Made by a program: the position numbers and the translations under genes
Shown here: piece after piece, positions 1 to 9,587 of the stretch
How positions within the stretch are numbered: the stretch's first letter is position 1
Layout of the letters: each line of letters opens with the position of its first letter
The notes under the pieces: model-generated
The model's database searches: none
What the model was told of the DNA's origin: nothing
The model's input: only the letters and a program-made list of their open reading frames with translations
DNA from: an uncultured Thermococci archaeon
GTDB taxonomy: Archaea > Methanobacteriota_B > Thermococci > Methanofastidiosales > B48-G16
Direction of reading: 5' to 3'
Assembly: GCA_964595645.1 (NCBI GenBank)
Contig: CAZQQT010000011.1
Coordinates: 2,064-66,063, forward strand
DNA: 64,000 nucleotides

Positions 1-1877
1 CCCATCCTATAGAATATCGGCTGTCTATCGACGATGAGGTTGAGATCCTCATCAAGTCCAGAGGCCTCAATACCATCACACCGGACATCAGCTATCTTCA
101 GAATCTCCTCACCGAGATGGGTCACGAGCACCACATAACACCTGTCATTCTCTTTCAAAATGTTCAAGAACTCACCGATGATCTTCGCAGCCGAACCAGG
201 CTCGGTAATTGCCTCAAGCTCATCGATAAGTACAAGATTCTTATTTTTTTCCATAGAAAGCGTGATTAAGTTCATAAGTGTGGTTTCGAGCGCGCCGGCA
301 CCACCACTTTTCTGTTTCTCCAAGTACTGTATCTCATCAAATACTGTGGTATATACGAGATCCGCTGGAACATAGAGTCCTATCTGTGCTAAAATCTGTA
401 TCTGAAGCGTTGTCTCCAGAAGCGTAGTTTTTCCTCCGGAGTTCGCACCGGTGAGCACAACAACGCGTTCATCACCTGTAAAAGTGTGAGGCGTCTCTCC
501 TACTTTATATGAGACTCCTACAGGATTTTTCAGAAACAAATTTCTCCCATTCTCAAAACTCATTCCCTCGTTCACAAACTGCGGCTCTGTAAGATCATAC
601 TCGTGAATGAACCGAGCAAGCGCAATCTTGAAGTCCATCTCGAAGACACCTTCAACAAGTCGCTCCACCTCATCCCAATACACTCCTATCTCCGCTGCCT
701 TTCTCATTTTCTCGTAGCGTTTCCTGAACTTCTCCCGTTCCATCTCTGTCTTTGCCTCTTCAAGTTTCTCGTAGTCCGCTTCAACGGGAAAGCTTATTTC
801 CGGTGGAAATAGATCGAGAAGACTGATACCCGTCTCCTCGTACACCTCGTCGAGATGCTCTTTGAGAACCTCATTGTAGATCTCATCTATCTTTGAGGGC
901 ATGCTCCGTTTCACCACGTCTATTGGTGATTCTGAATCTTTGAGCTCCTCCATGATCGCCAGAAGATTCCTCCCGCCAAGGGAAAGATCTTCTTTCTCTA
1001 TTTTCTCCTCGATATCACTGTTAATCTTCCTCTCTATCTCCATCACCTTCTCATCGAGATCGATCTCCTCCTCTTTATCCTCATCGAGGGTAGCAATGCT
1101 CTCTACAACCTCATTCAAGACGGTGTGCTCTCCAAGGAGGGAGTATATCTCTCGCGCCGCATCGAGCGTACTTTCATTTATCAAAAATTTGTTCAGTACA
1201 ACCTCAGGGATTACATCCTCGATATCAAAGCTTCGTGCATCCACCGCTGTGTCCACCTCGCCGATAAGCTCCTCATAAAGGAGGGAGTTATCGGAGTACA
1301 GATATACAATCCGAAAGTAGTTTTCTGCATAGTAGTCTATCTCCTCCGGTGAAGAAATGAGCATCGTATCACAGTATGGGATTTCGAAGGTTTCGTACAG
1401 CTCTTCATCATCCGTCACTATTACATACTCTCTATATGTCTGTTTTTCGGGATAGTGAAGTTCTTTTATATCTCTTAAATTCTTCAAAAATGCATCTACG
1501 TCTTTCACCTTCGACAGAAGCTCCTTTGACTCCTCACAAAGATCCAATCTCTTTTCTATAAATGATTTATTATTTGTAGGATAAAACAACAGAAACTTAT
1601 TTTTTGCCTGCCGTGTCACAGGATACTCCTGTAGTTTGGCAATGATTTTCGAGTGTATTTTTTTAGAATCTGCCGAGAGTGTCTCCTGAAACGGAAATCC
1701 TGTTTTTTCCTCGTATACAGACCGCAGGATCTTTAACGCCCGTTTCTCACCGAGCCCATCCACCTCCATGAGTTTCTCCAGCTCGAGGTTATCGATGATC
1801 TTCTCTATCTCATCACCGAACTTCTCCTCGATCCTCTCACCGAGTTTCTCTCCACAGATTTCTTTGAGATCGATCAT
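1..1877 (-). CDS. MutS2-like ATPase (archaeal MutS family). The C-terminus runs off the window start; the ATG is at 1877.
   Basis: I translated the minus strand from 1877 myself; this ORF is not in the provided track because it is incomplete. The translation contains a MutS-type Walker A (LTGANSGGKTTLLETT) and a downstream DE(L/I)x motif (LIDELEAITEP). The reading frame stays open to position 1. Confidence 0.65.
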   Translation of the reverse strand, partial: MIDLKEICGEKLGERIEEKFGDEIEKIIDNLELEKLMEVDGLGEKRALKILRSVYEEKTGFPFQETLSADSKKIHSKIIAKLQEYPVTRQAKNKFLLFYPTNNKSFIEKRLDLCEESKELLSKVKDVDAFLKNLRDIKELHYPEKQTYREYVIVTDDEELYETFEIPYCDTMLISSPEEIDYYAENYFRIVYLYSDNSLLYEELIGEVDTAVDARSFDIEDVIPEVVLNKFLINESTLDAAREIYSLLGEHTVLNEVVESIATLDEDKEEEIDLDEKVMEIERKINSDIEEKIEKEDLSLGGRNLLAIMEELKDSESPIDVVKRSMPSKIDEIYNEVLKEHLDEVYEETGISLLDLFPPEISFPVEADYEKLEEAKTEMEREKFRKRYEKMRKAAEIGVYWDEVERLVEGVFEMDFKIALARFIHEYDLTEPQFVNEGMSFENGRNLFLKNPVGVSYKVGETPHTFTGDERVVVLTGANSGGKTTLLETTLQIQILAQIGLYVPADLVYTTVFDEIQYLEKQKSGGAGALETTLMNLITLSMEKNKNLVLIDELEAITEPGSAAKIIGEFLNILKENDRCYVVLVTHLGEEILKIADVRCDGIEASGLDEDLNLIVDRQPIFYRM

Positions 1878-2006
1878 TGTAACCACAGGATTGTATTATA
1901 AAAAGTATTTTGTTTCTTTCTTAAAAGCTTTGCCTCCACATACAGTGTGTGAATAAATGTTTTATTCTAATCGTATTCTTTTTGGACGGTCTTAACACGT
2001 GCAAAA

Positions 2007-3653
2007 TCATTTGTTCGCCTCGTAGATCTCTTTAATTCTTTCTACTGTATCGGCATCCTCCGGTCCTTTGTCCTCCCGTATTCTCTTCACCCGGGGAAAT
2101 CGCAGAGCAAATCCACTCTCGTACTTCGGTGACCGCTGTATCTCCTCGTACGCTATCTCCACAACGAGTTCGGGTTTCAGCTCAACTTTTTTCCCGTCTT
2201 GAGAGATGATATCATCTTTCAATCGCTCTGTCAGTTCTTCAAACATCTCATCGGTGATCCCGGTACCTACTTTGCCTACAGTAGTAAGGGCATCTCCCTC
2301 ACCTCTGCATGCCAGCAAAAAGGTTGCCAGCCAGTGGGCTCTCCTTCCTTCGCCCCATTCTGCTCCGGTAATCACCAGATCCAGCGTTTCGAGAATAGGC
2401 TTGAGCTTTATCATGTACCCTACCCTGGATCCAGGTTGGTAGGGCGCAGTGAGATTCTTCATCATGACCCCCTCATTCCCCTTATCCAGAGCCTCCTCGT
2501 AAAAGGTAGTTCCCTCCTCCTTTGAGTCTGTCACAAGCTGGTTTGCGAGGGCGAGATGTGTGTTACCCTCCTCCACAATCTCCTCCAGTATCTCTCTCCT
2601 CTCTTGAAACGAAGTATTGAGGAGGGATTCACTCTCATAATACAGTATATCAAAAAGGTTCAACACCACAGGAATGCGTTTGGCCATCTCTTTGATGTGG
2701 TACTTTCTTTTTATCCGTCGGGATATCTCTTGGAAGGGAAGATACTTGTCTCCCTTTTTTCCCACTGTCTCTCCCTCGATGATACAGTCCCCTTCCACAT
2801 TCTCCTCAACAGCCCTTTTTATCAGCGGGAACTGTTCCGTTACTTTATCGAGCCGTCTCGTGAAAATTTCCACTTTCTCCCCTATCTTGTGGACCTGCAT
2901 TCTGAACCCGTCATATTTGTACTCCAGCGCACAGGGTTTTCCGACCTCTAAAAATCCTTCTTCGATTGTTTTCACCTTCTGTGCGAGCATGGCTTTTAGC
3001 GGTCTGAAGGGCTCGATTTCCACCTTTTCCAGACCGTTCTTTTTTGCCGCATCTACTACCACGCTCCAATCGTTCACGAGGGAATGTGCACCCTCTACTT
3101 TTTCCGAAGGAACATTGTACGCTTGAGCTATTGCATCCCGGACAATCCCTTCACCAACGCCTGTACGCATCTTCTCCAAGATAATTCGCGAGAGATACAC
3201 AGCTTCTTCATGGTCGGCGGCACCAAAAAGACTTGCTAAATAGTTCAGCTTCTTTTCCTGTGATCCGGTCCCTTCAAAGGAAACAATCTTATCCAGAGTC
3301 TGGCATATCTTTTCCACGGTAAGCTCTTCAGAAAAAAACGATACCTGTGTTTTCTCTTCCACTGCCTTTCCCACAGCACTTCCTACATCGCCCTCCTCTC
3401 GGATGTGATCGGTGATAACAGACTCTTGTATCCCTGTTACATTCGATACACTTTTTATCAGAAGCTGTGTTCCGATGCCTATCTGTTTGTCCATCCACTT
3501 CGGAAACACCTCACCGAGAACAAGCTGCACCACGATGCTCGTTAACTCATCGGGTGTTTCCGTGAGGAGCTGTGCAACTATATCAGTTTTCTCCAACATT
3601 GCCGGTGTTTCTTCCAGCTTTTTGTACGTCTCTACTACCTTCTTAAACTTCAT
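2007..3653 (-). CDS. lig: ATP-dependent DNA ligase
   Basis: 548 aa. Carries the KYDGFR adenylation motif (EYKYDGFRMQVH) and the overall archaeal Lig architecture. Confidence 0.9.
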   Translation of the reverse strand: MKFKKVVETYKKLEETPAMLEKTDIVAQLLTETPDELTSIVVQLVLGEVFPKWMDKQIGIGTQLLIKSVSNVTGIQESVITDHIREEGDVGSAVGKAVEEKTQVSFFSEELTVEKICQTLDKIVSFEGTGSQEKKLNYLASLFGAADHEEAVYLSRIILEKMRTGVGEGIVRDAIAQAYNVPSEKVEGAHSLVNDWSVVVDAAKKNGLEKVEIEPFRPLKAMLAQKVKTIEEGFLEVGKPCALEYKYDGFRMQVHKIGEKVEIFTRRLDKVTEQFPLIKRAVEENVEGDCIIEGETVGKKGDKYLPFQEISRRIKRKYHIKEMAKRIPVVLNLFDILYYESESLLNTSFQERREILEEIVEEGNTHLALANQLVTDSKEEGTTFYEEALDKGNEGVMMKNLTAPYQPGSRVGYMIKLKPILETLDLVITGAEWGEGRRAHWLATFLLACRGEGDALTTVGKVGTGITDEMFEELTERLKDDIISQDGKKVELKPELVVEIAYEEIQRSPKYESGFALRFPRVKRIREDKGPEDADTVERIKEIYEANK

Positions 3654-3660
3654 GGTACCA

Positions 3661-4830
3661 CTAAAAGAGACTTAAAAGATACGGGAGTGCGATAAACGTA
3701 CCGATGACACTTCCTATGTTCGCAAAGGCGACGACTAAAAGGATCCGTGTCACATTGTTTTTCCAGTAGTCCCTCACCCGCTCCAGGTGTGAGAGATCTT
3801 CAAAGTCCTTTACCATTGGTGTTCTCATCTTCGCTTCGGTTAATCCCGCGAACCATCCTGCCGCTAGTGCAGGATTTAGCGAGGTCACAGGCGCAGCAAC
3901 CAGTGCAGTGAGGATGGAGAGTGGATGTCCCAAGGCTAAAATAACACCAAGAGCTGACAAACTCCCATTGATAAGCGTCCAGAAGAGGAGCATCGTCAGT
4001 GTAAAACTTACTCCTCTCGTATAAAATCCGTAGATCACGAGCCCAACAAAGACCGCAGGAACTGCGTAGGCGATAATTTTCATCTTGCTCCTCTGCTGAG
4101 GAATCTCCTCCAGTGTCTTTCGACGTCCCATAGAGGATTCTTTAGGAAGATTTTCCTCAATAATTTTTTTAAGACCTGTGAGATGGCCAGCTCCTACCAC
4201 CGCCACAATTTTCTTCCCCTCATTGTACCGTTCGAGAATATTCATGGCGATGTACTCATTTCTCTCATCGATGAGTGCCTTTTTAATGCCTGGAACCTCC
4301 TCTGATATCTCTTTTAACGCTTCATTAAGGAGATCTTTGTCCTTCAGATCTTCTATAATGTTCTCATCGACCTCCTCAAAAAAACCGGAGAATATGTAGA
4401 GAATAAATGTTAATTTCTCTTTGAGGGACATGGCATTCCAGCTTCGTTTCATTGTAACTTGGATATCTCTATCCATGAGGAGTATCTCTTTATCGAACTC
4501 TTCGGCCAACTCCACAGCTTTGAGCATCTCTGAACCAGGGGTGATCCCGAACTCGGCGCCGAGCCTGCTCTGATAGTTGGACAAAATAATATTCATGAGG
4601 AGGAGGTACGTTTTTCCTTCTCTGATCACATCGGGCACACTCATATTTTCCCATTTGTTCTTATTTTTCAGTGCGTTGAATCGCTGTTCGCATAGTTCGA
4701 CGCCAACACAATCAGGATCCTCCTCCATGATCATATATTTGACTAAGTTGACACTCTCCTCAGAGATATGGGATGTACCGATGAGAATGATCCTCTCGTT
4801 GAGTTTCTCTACAAACATACTATTCCTCAC
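3661..4830 (-). CDS. TraB/PrgY-family protein with C-terminal TM helices
   Basis: N-terminal ILIGTSHISEESV motif typical of the TraB family, GAGHL motif, and a hydrophobic C-terminus. Confidence 0.7.
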   Translation of the reverse strand: MRNSMFVEKLNERIILIGTSHISEESVNLVKYMIMEEDPDCVGVELCEQRFNALKNKNKWENMSVPDVIREGKTYLLLMNIILSNYQSRLGAEFGITPGSEMLKAVELAEEFDKEILLMDRDIQVTMKRSWNAMSLKEKLTFILYIFSGFFEEVDENIIEDLKDKDLLNEALKEISEEVPGIKKALIDERNEYIAMNILERYNEGKKIVAVVGAGHLTGLKKIIEENLPKESSMGRRKTLEEIPQQRSKMKIIAYAVPAVFVGLVIYGFYTRGVSFTLTMLLFWTLINGSLSALGVILALGHPLSILTALVAAPVTSLNPALAAGWFAGLTEAKMRTPMVKDFEDLSHLERVRDYWKNNVTRILLVVAFANIGSVIGTFIALPYLLSLF

Positions 4831-4869
4831 AATTATCGTATAGAACGTCGAATAAAAAATAAAAAGGAG

Positions 4870-6441
4870 TTATTGTTTTTTCATCACCATGCGTACCGTA
4901 TAGATAACCACAGCTGCAATACCCACAACAAATAGTATAAGGGGGATATACTCAAATATCCCTACCATTTTCTGGTTGTCCTGAAGCTCCGTGATTTTCT
5001 GTGTACAGAGATCGGCTTTTTCCTGGTTGATATCCTTGTAGAACTCTCTGGCCTGTTCATAATCCTGTATGGCACCGTCGTAATTCTCTTCTTGTTCTTT
5101 TTGTTGAGCCTGTGAAAAATACATATCTCCATTGATTCCTTTATATGCCTTTGAAATAAACGTATCGCAGACCTGTACCATTTCTGTATCGCCTAGTTCT
5201 TCGTAAAGTGCTTTCGCCTGGGTAAACTTTTCTTTTGCATCTGTATACTTCTTCTGGTTGAAGAGTGCTCCTCCCTGCTTGTAAAGTGCCTGTGCCTGAT
5301 TCTTTTTTGCTTCGATATCTTCTTCCTCCTCTTCTTCCTCTTCTTCCTCCTCTTCTTCTTTCTCCTTTGGTTTCTCCTTTTCGTACGTGAACACATTTAA
5401 AAATCGCCAGCTCGAGGCGAGAATCTCCTTTTTTCCATCGCCATCAAGATCTTCAGTTTGGATCTTGAACACTTCATCATTGGAGTAGGTGGTGTTGTAC
5501 TGCGCGACCCGTTCTCCGTCCTCTACCACAACGAGGGTGTTCCCTAGCGCCAGCAGTACTTCAGGAATGTTGTTTCCATCGAGATCCTCGATATATGCTG
5601 TAGTAAAATGCTTGGCACTCGGATACTCATACTCCCACTCCTGTGTTCCTTCCTTATCATACGCAGCAATTGTATACTTGTGAAGGACAACTATCTCATC
5701 AACACCGTTGCCATTATGATCCGCCAAGAAAGCGTCGATCGCCTCATTATCAAGAGGATGTTTCCAGTACAGAAGCCCATTTTGTTTATAAAAACGAAGC
5801 TCATCACCGGCAAGGACGATTTCCTGGACACCATCACCGTTGAAATCATGGACAATGAAGGCGTTTGTATCTGTACAACAGTACCAGAGATCATTGAGAT
5901 CTTTATCAAGAACGTAAAACTTGTCGGCGGCCACAATAAACTCGAGATTTCCGTCGCCATCGAGATCCGTGCACGCTACTTTTTTTATTTCTGGTATCTC
6001 TCGAGAGTGCTTGGGATTTCCATTTCTGTAGAATGTATATATTCTCTCCTCAGTAGCAAAAATCAATTCCTTTCGTGCATCACTGTCAAGATCCCGTATC
6101 ATAGCGGCCTTTACCTCTCCTTCTAGCACGCACTGGGCTTTCATATTCCCTAAGTAGTCGATAAGGTAAGCAACATCTTTTCCCCCCACAGCAAAGGAAG
6201 GCGTAAGATAGACCTCTGAAAAATCAAAGGCATTTCCCGGGTACTCAAACTTTTTCAAAGAGTTTCCATCGAAGTCTACAATGTGCAGGAATTTACTCCC
6301 TATCGCTATCTCCTCCTTGCCATCGTCGTTATAATCTAAAACACAAAAGTCGTATACCTTCTCCTTCGTCTGAAAATTCCAATCTGCACTCGCCATTGGC
6401 ACTACTAGAAGTACCACTACCACAGCTAACCACTTCTTCAT
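4870..6441 (-). CDS. Secreted, membrane-anchored protein: FG-GAP-like repeats, a poly-Glu linker, a TPR-like region and a C-terminal TM helix
   Basis: Signal peptide (MKKWLAVVVVLLVVPMASA). Repeated DxDGDG, DFNGDG and DHNGNG calcium-binding propeller-type motifs. A run of 15 Glu. A C-terminal hydrophobic helix (IPLILFVVGIAAVVIY). Confidence 0.55.
   Translation of the reverse strand: MKKWLAVVVVLLVVPMASADWNFQTKEKVYDFCVLDYNDDGKEEIAIGSKFLHIVDFDGNSLKKFEYPGNAFDFSEVYLTPSFAVGGKDVAYLIDYLGNMKAQCVLEGEVKAAMIRDLDSDARKELIFATEERIYTFYRNGNPKHSREIPEIKKVACTDLDGDGNLEFIVAADKFYVLDKDLNDLWYCCTDTNAFIVHDFNGDGVQEIVLAGDELRFYKQNGLLYWKHPLDNEAIDAFLADHNGNGVDEIVVLHKYTIAAYDKEGTQEWEYEYPSAKHFTTAYIEDLDGNNIPEVLLALGNTLVVVEDGERVAQYNTTYSNDEVFKIQTEDLDGDGKKEILASSWRFLNVFTYEKEKPKEKEEEEEEEEEEEEEDIEAKKNQAQALYKQGGALFNQKKYTDAKEKFTQAKALYEELGDTEMVQVCDTFISKAYKGINGDMYFSQAQQKEQEENYDGAIQDYEQAREFYKDINQEKADLCTQKITELQDNQKMVGIFEYIPLILFVVGIAAVVIYTVRMVMKKQ
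5318..5372. repeat. Tri-/dodecanucleotide simple-sequence repeat (ctc/ttc units) encoding the poly-Glu tract
   Basis: The stretch tcttcctcctcttcttcctcttcttcctcctcttcttctttctcc is visible directly in the sequence. Confidence 0.7.
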
Positions 6442-6442
6442 A

Positions 6443-6790
6443 TTATTCTTCCTCCATAAACTTATCCAATCCTTCCTCTATTTTCTCGTTTTTCATGTAA
6501 TACTCCAAGAGATCAACCCACGCCTTTTCATAATCTCTCTCTTCATCTCTCCTGAACTCGTCTGTATATATTTTCTTACTCCTCCTATATAAATCTTTTA
6601 CTTCTTTTTTCGTCAGTTTACCGTTCAGGATGCGATACACGGCAGTACGATGATCATTCTCTTCAAGGGCAGTGATAAATCCCATGAGCGCCTTTATGTA
6701 CCCTCGTGTAAGTTCGGGCTCTTTTTCTTCACATATTTCTCTCATTCTCGAGGTATCTTTATTAATTAAAGCTTTAAAGAATCTATTCAT
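6443..6790 (-). CDS. Hypothetical protein (115 aa, charged)
   Basis: The ORF is tightly packed with its flanking genes on the same strand. No recognisable motif. Confidence 0.4.
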   Translation of the reverse strand: MNRFFKALINKDTSRMREICEEKEPELTRGYIKALMGFITALEENDHRTAVYRILNGKLTKKEVKDLYRRSKKIYTDEFRRDEERDYEKAWVDLLEYYMKNEKIEEGLDKFMEEE

Positions 6791-8137
6791 CTATTTCACC
6801 AGAGTTTCTGCAACTTCCATTGCCTTCTTGCCTACGTCTTCTGTGATTCGTCCACTCTGTATACTTTCTTCCAGTTTTTCCTGATCGATTATCTTTCTCT
6901 CACCCTCAGGATTTTCCACCACATCCACCTCCAGATCAATATATCGAATTCTGCGGGGATAGATCTCGACAGGACTGCAGATATTGTAGTACTTCCCTTT
7001 GAGCTTTCCATCCTTTGAGTAGTACTTATGGACAAAATACCATTTTTCCTCTTCTATCTCTGTTATCACATAATCGTTATGCTCCTTTTTCCTATTAAGT
7101 CCATCGTAGTAGCCTCTTCCATATATCTTTCTTTTCAAAACAAGCTCGGGGGGCTCAAATTTAAGTACCTTCGCATCGCCCAACTTCACAGGATACTCTT
7201 TTATGTGTTCTATCTTAACATAATCGTGTATGGAGGATTTATACACATCGAGAAAGTTTTCTTCGACAACATCCCTGTCCTTTCCATTTTCAATGATCTT
7301 TTCACCGAGATCCACAGCTTTTGAAAAGCCTCGTGAATTCTTATAGAGGTGATGGTTTTGCATCGTGGGCACAACATCTTCTCTCAGTGAATCCAACTTT
7401 CGTTTAGCGTCCCATCCAAAATATATTTTTAATACATCATGCCCCTCTCGTATTACACTTGGTGTAGAGAAAAGCTCATAACTATTCATTATTTTCTCAG
7501 TTTCATTATAAAGTTCTTTTATTTCTTCAACAAGCTCTTCATCTTTTCCTACTGCACTACTCCTGAACAGGATCCCAAAATCTTGCAGATGTTTCTTTCC
7601 AAGATCGTACAGTCGCTCCCGTTCTTCGGGTTCTTTTATCTTTTTACTCAGCTTTACAGCTCTATTAGGTATTAGTACAATATTCTTTCCGGGAAAGGTA
7701 AGTTTCGTCCTTAAAATAGGTATTTTTTTCATATCAAAAACTTGTAGTAGAGCACCATCCTTGATAGATTCGTAACATATTCCTCTCCCATCTTTTATAT
7801 CGACTATTGTCTTTTTTCCTTTCTTTTTTTCTATTTTTCCTTTATAAATCCCATAAAGTTGCACATTTTCCATTCTATAACAAATATCTAAGAAATTTTC
7901 CTTTAAAAGGTTTTTTAATTCTTCAAGATCTTCTCTCTTGCCTATTGCCATCAACCCATTGTTTTTATTCTGCCTGAGATCAATATCGGCAAGCTCCATG
8001 GCTGACTCGACTCTAAACCTCTCTTCCATCGTTTTGGACATCTGCAAAATTTCCCAGTCTCTGTCCAGCAAAAATTTTGTCATTGCTGTAGCGTATACAC
8101 CTCTAATCCTTACGGTAGGAGTAGACATTAATTCCAC
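6791..8137 (-). CDS. Probable FAU-1-like RNase E/G-related RNA-binding protein (DUF402 at the C-terminus)
   Basis: N-terminus TVRIRGVYATAMTK resembles the archaeal FAU-1 start. The C-terminal RRIRYIDLEVDV is DUF402-like. Recognised from memory only. Confidence 0.45.
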   Translation of the reverse strand: MELMSTPTVRIRGVYATAMTKFLLDRDWEILQMSKTMEERFRVESAMELADIDLRQNKNNGLMAIGKREDLEELKNLLKENFLDICYRMENVQLYGIYKGKIEKKKGKKTIVDIKDGRGICYESIKDGALLQVFDMKKIPILRTKLTFPGKNIVLIPNRAVKLSKKIKEPEERERLYDLGKKHLQDFGILFRSSAVGKDEELVEEIKELYNETEKIMNSYELFSTPSVIREGHDVLKIYFGWDAKRKLDSLREDVVPTMQNHHLYKNSRGFSKAVDLGEKIIENGKDRDVVEENFLDVYKSSIHDYVKIEHIKEYPVKLGDAKVLKFEPPELVLKRKIYGRGYYDGLNRKKEHNDYVITEIEEEKWYFVHKYYSKDGKLKGKYYNICSPVEIYPRRIRYIDLEVDVVENPEGERKIIDQEKLEESIQSGRITEDVGKKAMEVAETLVK

Positions 8138-8783
8138 CTCGTTTTTTTCTTTTTAAAAGTCCGTAATCGTAAAGTCTTTCTAAAATACCGGAATTTCTAC
8201 TTAAAAAGCGCGGTTCTATCCATTTCATTCCTTCATCATGGAGAAGTAGAATCTCTTCCAACACAGAGAGCTCCTCGGCATCCAAAAACATCTCTTTCTC
8301 CTTTGCAATTACATCGGCGATACGATCTTCCAACGAGGATATCTGTGTTTTTAACTCATCTATCTCAGAACTCATTTCCTGGATTTTTTTCTTTAAGAAC
8401 TTCGCATCGCTCTCCGTGACCACCGGTTCCATCATGACTTTCATGATCTCTTTCTCTATTTCGTTGTACATCTGATTAAAATAAAATTCTGACTCGTTCA
8501 AAAATTTTCTATTTTTATCGTCTTCTAAAGAGAGTTTAAATTTATATATTTTCTTAATCGTTGAATCTCCATAATCTTTTATCTTCTTGTTATCGAACAC
8601 AACAGAGGTGAGGTTTGAAATCTTCCCTACCTCAAAACTAAACTCATTTAACAAGTTTGTGATCTTTGACATCTCCTTTCTATCTCTAGGATCGAGGCCG
8701 AGGCTGCGCTTTCGTATCTCTAAAAAGCTGTTTTTCACTGAAGCAAGTTCCGTCTCAATCCTCTTCATGGCTTCTTCTTTCAT
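8103..8783 (-). CDS. Hypothetical coiled-coil protein with a possible C-terminal winged-helix
   Basis: Heptad-rich middle region. C-terminal LERLYDYGLLKRKK. Overlaps the next gene start by ~35 nt. Confidence 0.35.
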   Translation of the reverse strand: MKEEAMKRIETELASVKNSFLEIRKRSLGLDPRDRKEMSKITNLLNEFSFEVGKISNLTSVVFDNKKIKDYGDSTIKKIYKFKLSLEDDKNRKFLNESEFYFNQMYNEIEKEIMKVMMEPVVTESDAKFLKKKIQEMSSEIDELKTQISSLEDRIADVIAKEKEMFLDAEELSVLEEILLLHDEGMKWIEPRFLSRNSGILERLYDYGLLKRKKRGGINVYSYRKD

Positions 8784-8834
8784 CTATGATGGAGTAGTAT
8801 CGTACATTTATATTTTTAATGTTCCTTACAGACG

Positions 8835-9521
8835 TCAAAGCCCACTCATCACAACAGTTCCTACCTGCTCATTGTTCACTGCCTTCACAATGTTCTCGGG
8901 ATCGTGACCCGAAATGAATTTCAACAGGATTTTTGATCGTTTGATGATCTGTGCCGCCGTAATATCGAAGAGTTCGTAGGTGCCAGCTTCTCCAGAATTT
9001 TCTATTATCAGATCAATGAAATCATCTATTTTTATTTCCTTGATGGGTTCTGCCTCGGGACTCAGTTTTGGATCATCTGTGTACACATAATCAACATCCG
9101 TGATGTTAATGAGCTGATCGGCTTCCATTTCTTCAGCAATAAAGCTTGCAACTGCATTGGTAGACTGTCCCGGTATCAACCCTCCGCAGACTACAATCTT
9201 TTCCGAGTCTAGTGCCTCCACTACATCGTCAAAACTTTTCGGTGGCATAGGATATGCAATCTCCTTCAATGCAGAAATAAACAACTGTGCATTAATTCTC
9301 GAGATCTGTATCCCCGCGAGATCCTTGAGAGATTCAGAAGCGCCCAGATTGCCCAAAGCTTCTATATACTTCCTCGCGTAGCCCCCACCACCAACGACGA
9401 TATTTATTTCATGATCTTCTTGTATTTGATTGATGATATACGCATACCGCTTTATCATTTTGGTATTTATTCTCCCATCATCTAAAAGGACCGATCCTCC
9501 GAATTTCAACACTACTTTCAT
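8835..9521 (-). CDS. pyrH: Amino-acid-kinase-fold protein, most likely archaeal UMP kinase
   Basis: MKVVLKFGGSVL start, VVGGGGYARKY motif, ~228 aa as for archaeal UMPK. Isopentenyl-phosphate kinase is the alternative. Confidence 0.55.
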   Translation of the reverse strand: MKVVLKFGGSVLLDDGRINTKMIKRYAYIINQIQEDHEINIVVGGGGYARKYIEALGNLGASESLKDLAGIQISRINAQLFISALKEIAYPMPPKSFDDVVEALDSEKIVVCGGLIPGQSTNAVASFIAEEMEADQLINITDVDYVYTDDPKLSPEAEPIKEIKIDDFIDLIIENSGEAGTYELFDITAAQIIKRSKILLKFISGHDPENIVKAVNNEQVGTVVMSGL

Positions 9522-9587
9522 GAAATTGACTGTGAGGAGAACCTTAAATACCTTTCTACTTTTGCCTCACCTTGTTCTCGTCGTAAC

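Noticed and set aside
160-1956. Several 60-125-aa plus-strand ORFs at the start of the window
   Set aside because: They are antisense to the long minus-strand MutS2-like frame, Ser/Ile-rich and low-complexity. These are shadow ORFs.
5193-5396. Lys/Arg-rich 67-aa ORF
   Set aside because: It is the antisense reading of the poly-Glu microsatellite inside the FG-GAP protein gene.
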